The position numbers and the translations under genes are program-made. This document shows positions 17,153-33,292 of a stretch of DNA of 64,000 nucleotides, piece by piece. The stretch is taken from assembly GCF_009914755.1 (NCBI RefSeq), contig NC_060934.1; one strand, written 5' to 3'. Below the pieces are notes generated by a model. It saw only the letters and a list, made by a program, of their open reading frames with translations. It made no database searches and was not told the origin of the DNA. Position 1 is the stretch's first letter, and each line of letters begins with the position of its first letter. This DNA comes from the human T2T-CHM13v2.0 reference genome, Homo sapiens.

Positions 17153-17462
17153 TCTGTGTGACCTTGGCCAAGCCTTTTACCAGATTTAGCTTAATTGTCT
17201 ATGAAAGAATTGCTATACATTGAGTATTTTGAACTATGTGCCAGGGTAGATGTTACATATGTATTATTCATTTAATCCTCACAACAATTCTTTAGTACAA
17301 ATTCTATTGTTATCCCTATTTTACAGATGTAAAAGGTTAAGTAACATGTTAACAGTCAAAAATTCCTAACCAGTATTGCTGGGAATTGTAGATCTTTCAG
17401 CACTAAAATTCCAGAATTACGTAGATTAACATAAAATATACAAACACATAAAATTCATATAA

Positions 17463-17666
<204 letters not shown>

Positions 17667-18584
17667 TAGAGCACTGGCCTGGGAAGACCTGGAGTAGTAG
17701 AAACAGCACTAGACAAGGAGTTTGAGGTTCTAGTCCCAGCTATGCCCCAAGCTAGAGCTGATTGGCCCCTGCCTTAACTCCTTGTTGAACCTCTCCGTTT
17801 CCTTTTCTATAAAGCCAGGGCTTGGTAGACCAGTGGTTCTCAACTGGAAGGGATGCATCAGAGCCACCTGCACAACATTTTAAAGAAGTACCTGGGCCCT
17901 TCTTCAGATATGTGGGATTAGAATCTCTAAGGAAGGGTTGGGTTAGGTTTACTTTCCCCCTTGACTGCAAGCTTCATGAAGGCAGAAACCCCTGTGTCCA
18001 TAGCACACAGGAAAGAGAAGGGGATGGATTGTGTCCAGGCCTCAGATTCATCATCTGCCCCATGAAACAGAGAGAATAATTCTCTAGTCCCTTTCAGCTT
18101 TGGCAGTGAAACCTCCTGTTTCTGAGGCACCTGTTCAGATAAGTCACTGATGAAAGGAGGGTACGGGTCACTATATATAATGTAAAACTGACTACAGTTA
18201 AGAAATTACATGATTTGTTCTAGTGAAGTTATTAATGTCAGGTATTTCTGGACAACAAAAGGGATCACTTGAAAATAAAAACAGACTCTCTGATGATTTG
18301 GTAGCCAAAGATCCCCCCCACCCCAAAAGCTGTTTGGGGGCAATTCAACTTTTTAAAAACAAAATTTATTTTAGCCTGTGCATGTAGATAAACAACCAAT
18401 AATATTTCTGGTTTTATTATAAGTTTGTAGTCAGGATATAAGTAGTTTGATAATTCATGTTATAATATAATGTGGTTGGGAAATAAGGTTCTATTTGTAA
18501 GAGTTTTAAAGTACAAGTTCCCCAATGAAAAATGATTTCTTTGGGAAATAACATTATTCCCATAATATCCTCTTTCTTTCTTAG

Positions 18585-18649
18585 GAAGTCAACTTTTATA
18601 AAATCATTGATTACATTTTACATGGAAAAGAAGAGATCAAAGTGATTCC
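18585..18649 (+). CDS. PDE6C: PDE6C exon 6 (EVNFYK...KVIP)
   Basis: cttag|GAA ... CC|gtgagt; 65 nt. Confidence 0.97.
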
Positions 18650-18726
18650 GTGAGTATTGGCAGGAAGTTGCTGCCGCAGTTGCCGTTGTATTTTTGCACA
18701 TATTGCATTTCTCTATATTGCAATGA

Positions 18727-18825
<99 letters not shown>

Positions 18826-18921
18826 TGAACAAATTCAAATTTTAAATAATATTGCAAGAAACTCTTATTAGCTAAGAGATAGATACAATTGTGAAAGCAA
18901 GAATGCATCCAATAAAAGCTA

Positions 18922-19238
<317 letters not shown>

Positions 19239-20237
19239 TCACTTCCTTTGGCATAGGACAAAGGAGAGAAGAATCTTGACAGTCAAATGTAGGTTAACTG
19301 GAGACTTCTGAACTCTACACAGAAATATTTAGTCAGCATGAGAAAGGTTCCTCCATCCCTCAATTTCTTATTCTGCAGCCACACACATTTCAGATATCCT
19401 TTGGAATCCAATGACTATGATTTAATGACTGGGTTTAATTCTATCTCAAGTACATCAGTCAATTTTTTAAAGCATAAATATGGGGGATGAGGTGGGGATG
19501 GTGTGGGATGTGGAACTTTTCAATATTGAGTTAAAAGCTTGGGCCTCTAAGGTCTTGACCCACCTGTAAATGTTCTTATAACATTTAGAACATAATGTTC
19601 TTCAAAGAAAGGACTAAAACAGATAATTGCTGATGAAAAGTTTAAAAAAGAATAGGCTGCTTTTTGCCTCTTCAAAAACACAGTTGAAGGGTGCTCAGCC
19701 CATCAAATGATGTAATTTATTCAAGTTAGATCATGAAATTAATGCATGGCATGAAAGATTCCTTAAATTCTTAGGCTATATATGCTTATAAAAACTTTGA
19801 AAGATTCTCGCATTTTCTGTGTAAGAGTACTACAAAAATAGTAGACATGGTTCATTCAATTATTCTCAGAAAGCACTTACCTTGGGGCCGAGAGGCAGGC
19901 AGAGTTTGGTGAGGTGGGGATTTAAGGAGGGAGCCCACTTAGATCTTGTTAGATTGTTAGTTTTTTAGGACTTTTGTGAGCAAGTTGTTAAACTGTTGGC
20001 AGCTTGAAATCTCCCATGGCAAGAGAATTGGGACCATGGAAATTGGCAACTGATACAAGCCAAGGATTTCCCCAATTCCCAGCCAGGAGAGCTGATTTCC
20101 CCAGCACCCATTCTGGAGCTCACAGTTCTAGTTCCATCCCATAGATTTAAACAAATCACTTAACCTCTTTAGGCTTCCATTTGTTCATTTTTTTTTTTTA
20201 AGTATGAACTTAATTGCTAAGATCCCTTCTGGCTTTA

Positions 20238-20601
<364 letters not shown>

Positions 20602-21199
20602 TTATTAAGATCCATTTGTGATTATGACCCAAGGTACAGAAAACTTGACCCAAAGTTGAGTGATTTCTTGTCCTTATAGATGTGAGCAATAGTCTGTGAA
20701 TTCCACTAAGTAAAGTGATATCTCTCACTGAATCCTTACTTTGGTGTAACTAAAAACTTATCTGGCTGTTTCCTCCTGCCTCTTAACCATCATCTTCTAA
20801 CCCAAATCTCACTTTAGGAAGAAGAAGAAGAAGAAAAAAAGCAATCCTAGCTCTGCTGCTCATACTGGCTGTAGCAGAGCTAGGATTTCTCAGCTTTCTC
20901 CTCCCCTTGGCCTGAGCAGCCTGTTGCTTTGAATTTGAAGGGGATTCCCTGGAGTCTGGGGGAGTGGGAAGGGGCAGAGACGGTACCACATATCCTCCAG
21001 TGATTTAATTAGCAGCAGGGAAGCCATCTTGAATGAGTTGTTAGCAGCTGTGGCCTAGTTGAGGTCCATTTGCCCGCAAGCAGTCAAGAGCCGTGTAGGA
21101 AATCCTCACTCCCAATGCGTTCTTTCTTATTCTGCTTTGTGGATCAAGAGGGCTCCACTACACAATATTTCAGACCATTTGTCTCCTCTTGCCTTCCAG

Positions 21200-21247
21200 A
21201 TCTGTAACATGATGAATGCCCCTGCAGATGAATACTTCACATTTCAG
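21200..21247 (+). CDS. PDE6C: PDE6C exon 8 (ICNMMNAPADEYFTFQ)
   Basis: tccag|ATC ... CAG|gtaact; 48 nt. Confidence 0.97.
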
Positions 21248-21502
21248 GTAACTGCACTCTGGGTCAGGCCTCACCTCTTGGGGCTGGGGTAGAGGAGTGG
21301 ATGCTCTCACCTCTCCTCCACCCCCAGAGTCCGCCTGATGCTCAGGTGTGGCCACAGGCACACACGGGTCCATCTCCCACTCACCCTGGCTGGGCCAGCA
21401 AGTAGCAGATTCTTCAGTGAAGGAAGAAAAGAAAGATAAGACAGAAGGCCAGGGAGGGGACCTGCCACTCCTCCATTTGCTCACACTCCTGGTCATTTAC
21501 GG

Positions 21503-21889
21503 CAGTGGTCCCCAACCTTTTTGGCACCAGGGACCGGTTTTGTGGAAGACAATTTTTCCACAGAATGAGGGTGGGGTGGGAGATGGTTTTGGGATGAAAC
21601 TTCCACCTCAGATCATCAGGCATTAGTTAGATTCTCATAAGGACGGCACAACCCAGATCTCTCACATGCGCAGTTCACAAGAGGGTTCACACTCCTATGA
21701 GAATCTGATGCTGCTGATGATCTGACAGGAGGTGGAGCTCAGACGGTAATGTGAGCAATGGGGAGTGACTGTAAATACAGATGAAGTTTCACCCGAGTAC
21801 CCACTGCTCTCCTCCTGCTGTACAACCTGCTGGTTCCTAACAGGCCATGGGCCAGTACTGGTTTACAGTCCAGGGGTTGGGGACCCCTG
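21503..21889. mobile_element. MER1B-like hAT-Charlie MITE
   Basis: TIRs CAGTGGTCCCCAACC ... GGTTGGGGACCCCTG; degenerate 8-bp TSD atttacgg/atctaagg. Confidence 0.85.
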
Positions 21890-22304
21890 ATCTAAGGGCT
21901 CAACAGTTCCTGGCACAGCATTCATGCTCAATAAACGTTCTCTGCATGCATGAATGGCTGGCTACGTCCTACATCCTGAATCCTGCTCTCCTGGTGGTTT
22001 TCTCAGCAGCCCTTCCCTGCAGCTTATTGCAACTGTTCTCAGGAAAATCAACAATTCTAATTGAGTCTTCAGAGCTTCTCCTGCTGTTAGACTCGGTTGT
22101 ATCCTTCCTTCTCCACTGTGCAGAGACCCACTGCCTGGGGAATCTGCTTCCACTCACCGCCAGATGCTCCCAGGAATCAGCTTCTGTATGTGCTACTCTA
22201 GCTGACCCACTTCTCCCCATCAGGGCTTCCTGCTGGAACCTGGCTGCAGACCCGAGTTGATCCCTCCCCGCCCCCCGAGTTCATCCAGCCCACCAGAAGG
22301 GCCA

Positions 22305-22443
22305 GCCTGTCATCTTCACCACCCCCTCCCCAACTGTCACCCCCCACCTGTCATCTCTGCCACTCCCTTCTCTACCTGCCCATCCCTCCTCACCTGTCAT
22401 CTCTGCCACCCACTCCCCACCTGTCACCTCCTCCCAACCTGAC
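22305..22443 (+). repeat. Degenerate C-rich minisatellite (CACCTGTCA(T/C)C core)
   Basis: Five TGTCA units; cacctgtcatctctgccac occurs twice (22345, 22391). Confidence 0.75.
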
Positions 22444-23799
22444 TGTTAGAGATAAACTGGCATTTGGCTCCACAGCCTCTTATTTTCTGCCTCTGGGCAC
22501 TTGTTATTCTCTGTCCTGTATTTAAAAAAACATCCCCTTAGAGCCCTGATCTCAGTCACAAATAGAGACTGCCCTCCCCGGTGGGTACCGTTGGGGTCTG
22601 TTTTTCTGTCTCTCTCACATACAGAGCCCCATCTCTGCCTTTTAGGAAAAGCCAGCCTTCCCCAGGCTGCAGCGTGCCTCCTTAGCGGCAGAACCACACC
22701 ACACCTTGGGGAAAGCTGTACACACTTGCTTCGTTACGTGCATCTGCCTGCTCCTCCCTTTGCCGATTGACATGGAAAACATGTAAACACCATATGGCTG
22801 CTCTAGCTCCTTCCTCCTTGCAATTGAAGCTTATTTGTGACCATGCTGTGCCCAGGCCTGACCCCTATATTTATGGCACGTGGATGTCAGAATAGGATGC
22901 ATGTCAGCAAAAGGGCGACAATGATATTCTAGAGTCTGAACCTTAAGCAGTCATTGTCTAAACAGGGAGTGGGAATGGAGCTGGCCCAGGAGAATGCAGC
23001 CTGCTCTGAAATGTGAGGCCCTTTGCTTTCTCTCATGCTCCACTGCAGCTACTGCTCTGATGTGCTCTCATGGCCTGGGCAGAGAGGAGGCCTGGGGCCT
23101 CCCTGGGGCCTTGGGGAGTCCCCAGTGTGGGATAAACCTCCAGGCCACAGGGATTTCCCAGTTCTCTGGGAAACATCATTGTGGTGCCCATGAAAATGTG
23201 CTTCTCAGATCTCCACCTGTGGGAAGTGTAGCCGTGCAATGGCTGCTGGCCTGAAATCCATGGTCACATCTGTGCTGAGGCCACACGCTCCACAGGCCAC
23301 TCCCAATTGGTAACTAAGTGTGGCAGGGACAGTAAAGCAGGCCTGCTCCTGGAAGACAGCCAGATACCCTGCCAGGCAGCTTGGGCCCTAGGAATGCCTA
23401 ACAGCTCTGCAAACAGTTTCAGAACAGCACGGTGGTCTAAGGGGCTCCCCTCAACCTTCCATCCTTCCGTTTCTCCTTTGCAAAGGGTCGGGACTGCATC
23501 TCTGTCTGATGTCTCTCTCAGCACCCCCAGCCTCCCTCCCCACTGCTCTTCAACGGCATCACCTGTGCATCATTCCGCACAGCGGACTAGGACGGGTGAC
23601 CGCCCTCCCCAAACCACCACCCTCCTTTTGTGCTCCGTCTTCTGATTCTGTCTCTCCCTGCTCAGGCCCCACCCTGATTCTTACGATTCCTTTTTGCACC
23701 TGAGAAGTTTGATAGACAAGCCAATGATATAAAAAGAACTGCCATCAGAGCAAACCTGCAAAGGCAGTGGTTCTCACACTATGTTTCTTGGGGGCATAA

Positions 23800-24309
23800 T
23801 GGATTCATTTCCTATTGCTGCTGTCACGAATTGCCACTGAGTGGTTTAAAACCACACGAAATGTATTATCTCACAGTTCTGGAGGTCAGAATTCCAAAAT
23901 GAGTCTTCTTGGGCTAAAATCACGGTGCTGGTGGGACTCTTGCTTTCTGGAGGCTCTGGGGATAATTCATCTCCTTGCCTTTTCCAGCTTCTCAGGGCCT
24001 CCCGCCTTCCTTGCCTGGTGACCCTTCCCCTGGCAGAGCCAGCAGCACCATCACTCTGACCTTGCTTTTGTCATCATAGCTCCTTCTCCCATTCTGATTC
24101 TAACCTCTCTTCTACTTTTAAGGATCCTTGTAATTACATTGGGTCCACCTGGAACATCCAGGCTAATTTCCCCATCTTAAGGCCAGCTAATTAGCAACCA
24201 TCATTCTATCTGCAAGCTTAGTTCCCCTGTGTTGTGTAAGATAACATATTCACAGGTTCCAGAGATTAGGATATAAACATCTTTGGGGGCCATTGTTCTG
24301 CCTGCCATA
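23800..24309 (-). mobile_element. MLT1 (C/D-like) solo LTR
   Basis: tgtattatctcacagttctggaggtcag...cacaggttccagagattaggat...ggggccattgttctgcctgccata. Confidence 0.8.
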
Positions 24310-25079
24310 GGGTTCCTCGAAGTGGACTAAGGGGTCTTCCTTTAACGTCAATTAAAGTGGTCCTAATTCACAGGAGGAAAAGTGTATAGAATTTCCTCAG
24401 TTTTTTGTCCTACTAATTTTTCTTAAACCTTGGGTTCCTTCTGTAACTTGTCTGTCAGTAAGGTCTAACTAATGGCAAAGCACAAGAATATGAACTGGTA
24501 GCAAATGAATATTTCCTGAAACACTGAGAAGCAGTCAGCAAAGCTTATTTTGGAAGCTTTAACAAATAGACATGAAGTTCTTTCACACGCATGTGATATA
24601 TTCTCTATTACTGATTTTGTCCTTGGTTCGTATGATGGTGTAAGTACATAAATATTTCTTATTGTTTTCCAAAGATGCAGGCTTTGCAAGCACTATGCAC
24701 TGCATCTTTTTTCTAAAGCTTTGACCATCAGGAGACGGATGTTGAGGTTTGGTTCCTCTGCTTTTCATTCCATGTATAATGACTACATAGAGTAGTAACA
24801 AATTACTTAGATTGAGCACTTATTACATGCTCAGTCTAAATGTTAAATTGTGGTTCAGGCTATAAGTGCAGTTGGAATTCCAAAACAGAAAAGTTCTTTA
24901 TGAGTTAGAAAAATTAGAAAGGCTTCATGGGAGAGCCAAGACTTAACAGGGGCCTGTAAGGATGACTAAGTAAGCCAAGGGAAGTCTTCAAGAACAAATA
25001 ATGTGGTGTGTTGAGTGCTTGTCTATCTTTGCCTTAGCTACATACTGTGCAAATGCTACATCATGGTTCTCAAACTTCA

Positions 25080-25440
<361 letters not shown>

Positions 25441-25924
25441 TAAAACAAATCTGTTACACATGGTCCTTGGACCACACTTTGAGAAACACTCCTAAACTTT
25501 TGTGCCTGCATCCCTCGACTAGACCCTAAGCATCTTGAGGGCAAGACCTGTGATTTATTCTTTGTACCTTCAGCAACTGCCCCAGTTCCTGGCATACCAC
25601 AGAGGCTTGACAAATGTTTACTCAACTCAACACACCACAGAATGAAAGACTATCTTCATGGATCAGTCAGAAAAACAAAAACCACACTAGTATTTTAACG
25701 GGAGAATTTTATTTAAGGAATTAGCTAAACAGGTGTTAGAAGATAGAAAAAGTGTAAAGGGAACAGTGAGGTAACATAGTGGTAAGAAGCACTTCCCATC
25801 ACTCAGGCTTGGGAAAGAAAGGGAAAAGGTTAGAATTGTCAGAAAACAGACACTTGGTTCTAGTTCACTCTATTGGATGTGCTAGAGTACATATAATGGC
25901 TGTATGGTCCTAGCCATGTTCTGA

Positions 25925-26261
<337 letters not shown>

Positions 26262-26289
26262 TAAATTAAAAATAAACTAAGTGACAGGT

Positions 26290-26672
26290 GGTTGGGTGGT
26301 AGCTAGAAGGGAGGAGTACAGGACAGTCTTGTAGTGATGGAATAGTGTTGTATCTTGATTCTAATGGTGGTTGAAAAGCTACACAAGGGATAAATTTGCA
26401 TAAAACTATATGTACACACACACATATATGTGCAAAAGTAACTGCATACAAATCTTGGTAAAATCCAAATCAGCTCTGGATCGTACAATGTCTGTTTTCT
26501 GGTTTCGATATTGTACTATAGTTACACAAGACGGTAGAAAATGTACTGTAGTTGTCTAACCATCATTACCATTGTGTGAAACTGGGTGAAGGGTACCTGA
26601 AATCTCTCTGTACATTTCTTTTGTAATATCCTGTGAATCTATGATTATTTCAAACTAAAAAGGCAAAAAAAT
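26290..26672 (+). mobile_element. Old L1 (L1MC/MD-like) 3' end
   Basis: gtgatggaatag...atattgtactatagtta...aactgggtgaagggtac...tcctgtgaatctatgattatttcaaa, then A-rich tail. Confidence 0.75.
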
Positions 26673-26698
26673 AACTTGAGGTCCCTTCTCGTTTGTAG

Positions 26699-26866
<168 letters not shown>

Positions 26867-27437
26867 TAATGGAAGTCAATGCAATTCACAAAATAAGAGA
26901 GGGCACGTAATTATTTGTTATTCTGGAATGATATTTTGAAGGGCCATTAAGACATGAGTCACACATAGCTGTAACCAATATGTTGTTATTTTGTCGTTTC
27001 TATTTCCTGACTTCTATAAACTGCAACATTTTCTACCAAAGTATAAAATTTTAGCTTAACCAAAATTTGTAATAATACTCGGAAAACAGGAAAGAGGATT
27101 TTCTTCTTCTTTCTCCCACTCCTCCTTCCTGTTCCCTCTCATTCTTATTCTTATTCTTACGCCCAGCCCCCTGCCTAATTTTTAGGTCCTGCTTGACTAT
27201 ACTGGTGTTGGTAACACCTCTCTCTTCTATTCATGGTGCATGGTACACTTTAAAAAGCAATAATTCAGCCAGTTTTATTGTCTGAAGCTGATTATTAGTA
27301 TGTTTTTCTTAAATTAAAAGAAGGAATGGGGTGGTTGATGATGGAAGGGAGATGGATAGAAAAGCGTGCAGATTGTTGCCTCCAAACCAATTTTTCTTTC
27401 ACTGAAGAGAATTAGAATCACCTTTTATCCATTTCAG

Positions 27438-27581
27438 ACTCTCACACAATTTCTTGGATGGTCTCTTTTAAATACTGACACCTACGATAAGATGAATAAG
27501 CTAGAAAACAGAAAGGACATTGCTCAGGAAATGCTCATGAACCAAACGAAAGCCACTCCTGAAGAAATTAAGTCCATTTTG
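27438..27581 (+). CDS. PDE6C: PDE6C exon 10 (TLTQFLG...IKSIL)
   Basis: ttcag|ACT ... TTG|gtaagt; 144 nt. Confidence 0.97.
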
Positions 27582-27861
27582 GTAAGTGGGAAATTCAGTC
27601 CTGTGGACATAAGATGTTACCTAACCACATATTCTAGAAGTCATCTAATTACCCAGGGGTCTGACAAATGCAAATGGTTTACTCCTGGGCTGAGAGAGAG
27701 AGACAGGGAAGGAGGGGTTGGAAGAAGACATGGATGGCCCAGTGTACAGAGACCCTTACTGGAAGTACAGCTGCTTGGCTGGAATAGCACTTTGTTCAAA
27801 ACAGCCCTGGGGCTATGGGAGCTATAGCAAGAAAAAAATATATATATTTTAGGAAGGGAAA

Positions 27862-28252
27862 TGTATCAGTCAGCTATTGTCATATAATGCTGCATAACAA
27901 CAACCCTAACGCCTCAGTGTCATGCAGTAATGAACCTCTATCTCTCACTCACATTTGTGGGTTGACCAGGCTTTGATTGACAGTGGCTGGACTTGGCTCC
28001 AAGCTATGAATTTGGTTTGCTCTATGTGTCTCTCATCCTTCTTGGACCAGGAGCTACCTGATAGATGTCCTTCTCACAAAGATGACAGAAGTGCAAGAGA
28101 GCAAACCTAACTGTGCAGGCATACTTCAGGTTTTTGCTCACATCACATTCACCAAAATGCTCATTGGCCAAAGAAAGCCACATCACGAAGACCAACCTTA
28201 TAGATGATGGGGGAGCAAGTGGATATTTGCTAACCATGTTCTAATCACCACA
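27862..28252 (-). mobile_element. Old MLT1 solo LTR
   Basis: tgtatcagtcagctattgtc...gctgcataacacaacc...cattggccaaagaaagccacat. Confidence 0.7.
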
Positions 28253-28304
28253 AAATGAAGGGAAAATATCATGTGCCCACCATCTCTATTTCTTTTATTT
28301 CCCT

Positions 28305-28306
<2 letters not shown>

Positions 28307-28350
<44 letters not shown>
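28307..28350. repeat. (GT)22 microsatellite
   Basis: Perfect dinucleotide run. Confidence 0.97.
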
Positions 28351-28352
<2 letters not shown>

Positions 28353-28704
28353 TTTTGCTGGAGTGGGTTGGTTTTGGTGAGCATGTTGGTTTTTGGTTTT
28401 GCCGAGTGGTTTGAGTGTAATTCAGTTTGATAGTTTGAGATGTTAAAGATGAGAAGATCTGGGGGTAATAAAAGGAACTGTGATAAGCTAATACAAAAAT
28501 AAATGTAAGCCACTCATTTTTTCTTTCCTACATGCAAACAACCCACACCTCTTTAAAAAAACCAGCTACTGTAATCATTTTGGGGGAATTTTAAAAATCA
28601 AATATATTAGATTATTTCTTGAAAAAAGTCTTCATAATCAGGTGCTATAGGTCTTTGTATCCATGACAAAGAATGCGTCTTTGCCATGGAACTCATTGTA
28701 GTAT

Positions 28705-28836
28705 ATTTTATTTATTTACTTATTTTTAGAGATGGGGTCTCACTCTCTCACCTAGGCTGGATTACAGTGGTGCCATCATAGCTCACTGCATCTTCCAACT
28801 CCTGGGCTCCAGGGATCTTCCCGCCTCTTCCTCCCA
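28705..28836 (-). mobile_element. FLAM/Alu monomer
   Basis: Single antisense Alu arm about 100 nt upstream of exon 11. Confidence 0.8.
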
Positions 28837-28937
28837 CATATTTTAAATATATCTTAACTAAGATTGTAATAGTAGAGGAATCAGATGGAAATCTTCTCCT
28901 TTAGGAATTTCACACCTCAATTGCTTTTACATTTTAG

Positions 28938-29042
<105 letters not shown>

Positions 29043-31988
29043 TAGAGGCATTATAAATCAATAATATATTAGGACATGCTTTCTTGTTTTTCAAGTAAAT
29101 GTTGAGTTTTCTCTTTCCTGATATTTCTCAAGGCTAAAAAGAAAGAATTCTTCTAAAGATTGATCTTTTGATTCCCTGCTTTTCTTCATCTTTGTCGCCT
29201 CTGGTCCAATTCATACAGATAATTTACAATTGTAGGTAGCCTAGACTACTGCTTAGGGGACTTCAGGCACAGAATCTAGGGATATCAAGGCACAGTTTAT
29301 TTTAATAGCTTTGGATGACACCATGGCCACCACAGAGAACATGACAGAGTTAGCGTGGAGCATGGATCTTTCTAGGCACTGGCACCGCCTGCCATTTCTA
29401 GCTTCTCTTCTGGAGTCTGAAGGCTCCATTCTTTCCTGTTGTTGCCAGTAGGCCATCCCTATTATTTTTCTTTGAAATTAACTTTCCCACTTCACTAATT
29501 CTGTCTTTTGTTGTGCCCGATCAACTGTTAAACTCGCTCAATAAGTTCGTAATTTCAGAGATTTTTTTCAGTTCTAGAAGGTACATTTAATTCTTTTGTT
29601 AAGATTCTAACTCTGTGTTAAAACTTTTCATCATTTGATCTATTTTGACTATTTTCCCCTGTATTTTCATAAATGTATTGATGTGTATTATTTTAAGGTA
29701 CCCATCTTAATACCAGAATCACCTGTAGATCTGATTCTACTGTTTATTTTTACACCTGGGTTCTAGTCATTTGATCCTGTTTTAAAGCATGCCTTATGCT
29801 TTTAAAATAAAAAATCAGATATTGTAGATAAAAACGTGTAGGGGCTCTGAGTGATATTATCCTTCTGCAAAGAGCATTAGAGTTTCTTCTGGCAGGTGAG
29901 AGAATTGTTTTAGATTTCATTTGGAATGATCTTTTTTGGCTTTATTCCTACTATTAGGGTGGAGCCCTTGTTTCTAGAAAGTGGCTCCTCTGGAATCCAT
30001 GAAATCCTGGGATATTTACGAAGACCCCAAGACCTTGAATTTCAGAGGATTGAATTCCTTCTGATTGAAATGGAAATATCACACTTAATTTCCTTACTAA
30101 CTGCTATAACCTGTTTTCCACCATCTCTTTCCGATCTGTGATGTGAGCATTCTTTCTAAACTAAGACACATCGACTATCTCACCTTCTCCCTTTCCATCT
30201 TTTGTGGGCTCTGTCCTCCCACCCAGGGCCTTTGCTCTGCTACCATAAGACTGTTGGTCTTTGACCCTTTTTTGGGGCTTACTTCCCACCCCCGTGTTTT
30301 CATGTCATCTGAGGTTCCCTTTTCTCCCATTTTGCTTGGCTCCACCTTTGGCACCATCCTCTCAGCCTGGCCCAGAAGACCACCCTTTCTTCTCCCCACC
30401 TGCCCTCAACAATAGGCATCTTCTTGGAAAACAAAACTTTTATTGACATCCGTGTCACCAGAAATTCTCTAATTTCTTATTTAAAGGAAGAAGGATCTTA
30501 TGTTGTAGAAGCAATAAAGTGGACAAAGAACCAGTAGACTTCCTAAAAAACCAGCCTATTTTGAATGTAAAATCTACTCAGGGCAAATCCCAAATCATTG
30601 TTGCATAAAATTGAGGAACGTAACAAATATTTCAGAGGAGTTCTCCAAAATTATCCTGGCATCATTTCCCAGCTACGTAATTATTTGTCCATCTTCACGT
30701 ACCTGAGTCTCTCTCCAGGCCTGCACTTTCATGTTACCTCCAGGGAAGGCTCAGCTGATTTTCTGGGTGTAGCAACAGTTCTGTGCAAGAGTGTGAGGGG
30801 TCAGCCCAGGCTCAGGGGCTGGGGGAACCAGAAACCGTAATTTTGTTTTAAATAGCTATATACCATTCGGTGTTGAAATCTGTGTAAATAGAGCATGGCT
30901 GTCCCCTGAAAAACATTAAACTTACTAAGGGGAGTGACCTCCCTTTCCCTATGTTTGTGTCCTCCTCAGTGCACTAGTAAGGACATACTACACATTCAAA
31001 TAAATACCCATTGAACTGAATCTCTCCTGCAGATCTGTCTGGTAGGCCCACATAGTTGTTGCTCATTTCTGCCTCTTAGCACTTTCTCACCCACATGGAA
31101 TCGTCTCTCCGCTTCCTTCTGCCAGCTCAGCTGCATGCATGTCCCTCCAGCATCTCTCCTCCTTTAATTTCCCCACCTGTCCAAGGACATTCAGTTTCTC
31201 CCTCGGCATGGAGCACTGGCCATACTCTCTGATTATTCTAAGTGCTTACTTTTCACTCGTATATATTTTATAGCCACTTTAATAAGTTAAGTTCCTTAAG
31301 GGCAAGATACATATTTTTATTTCTCAAGTCGCACCAATGCCATGTGTCTACTTGGCTATTTTTTCACATAATCCGAAATCCTAACCAGATGTGAGTTAAA
31401 TGAAATGTCTGCAAGTATACCTATGTACTGCAGGGCAATCATTGGTTTATCCATCCACTCATTCATTCAACAGGCATTTCCTGAGCACCTTCATGGGACA
31501 GGACCTGCAGATTTGGGATATGGCAGCAAATAAGCAGATGATCCCCACCCTCGGGGAGCTCACATTCTAGTGGGAAACTGTCACTGAGCACATAAAGAAA
31601 ATTCAAGAGAATTGAATTAAGCAGTCGTTTACTGTTTACTGAATATTTCTTGAACAGAAAAAAAGTTGAGTATCAAAAATGAGTAAGGCTTTTGTAACTA
31701 AACATTTTATTTTGCATCATTGAAAGAAAAGAGCTACTGGAGTTGGATTTAGAATGGTAACCCATCACTTAGAAAGTCTTTAATATGGCCAAGTCTCAGT
31801 TTCATCACCTGTAAAATGGAGATAATCGTGTAGGCCTGCCGTTAGCATAATCTGTGCAAACTGCATCATCCAGTGCCTGGCACATGGTGGTTCAGTGAAT
31901 CACACATTGTGTTCTTTTATTGTAATTTTGGTTTACACCCAATGTTGGCTATGGGAGTGGAAAGGGAAAACAGATGAATGTAATCTGA

Positions 31989-32177
<189 letters not shown>

Positions 32178-32392
32178 TAAAATACTGTGTGATTCTGTGG
32201 CTCTGCTTCACTGATGTTTTCTGTGGTTCAAAAGATGGACTCAGTTTGAATTTTAAATTATTATTAACTTTCTAAATACATCAGCTTAACCCCTATCTAC
32301 AAGACCAACACATCTTTTTAGATAAGATTGCCACAGACCTTCTAACCTTTAGAATTCTATTCCAAAGTCTGAATGGTGTCATCTTCTTTTAG

Positions 32393-32527
<135 letters not shown>

Positions 32528-32862
32528 TAAACCTGCAGATTTCCCATTTGAGCATGATGAGAAATAGGTATGGTCCATCATTTTAGATCAGTAATTTAAA
32601 AATTCAGGGCACAAACCCCTCTCCGCTGCAGATGAGTCCCAGTATCCTTGAGCACCGGTGGGATGATCATTCAGACATTCACACACTTACCTTCTCAAAG
32701 GAAGGTTCAGTCTTCACCCACAGTACTACAATACTCACAACAAATAAAGTGAACTTGCTCCAGAAACCTAGTGGGCCTATTCTCTATTGCAGGCTGCACT
32801 TGGTATAGAGGTATATTAATTCAAATAAATTATAGATATGCATATATATGTTATTTTTTTAG

Positions 32863-32973
<111 letters not shown>

Positions 32974-33292
32974 TAAGTGAACACATGTCCAATGTTGACA
33001 CGTATTGGTGGACATTGGAAAGTACTTAGGGTGAGAAAAACGCTTCTCCCTATTCCTTGGCCCAGTCAATGCCTCTTTGCCATGTTGGAAATTCCAGGGC
33101 TGGATTCTATTCCCTCCCAAGCTTCCGCCTTCACGATAACGTTGCTCTTTCTCCCTAGGTTCTTGCGTCCCCCTTTCCTTTCTGTTTTCATTTCCAGATG
33201 TGCCTCTGCCTTCTTCCTATAGGCCTTCAGGCTTTCTTCTCTCAACTTTGTTTAATCAGAGTATTGAATTCCTATATTAAAGTGCATGAATC

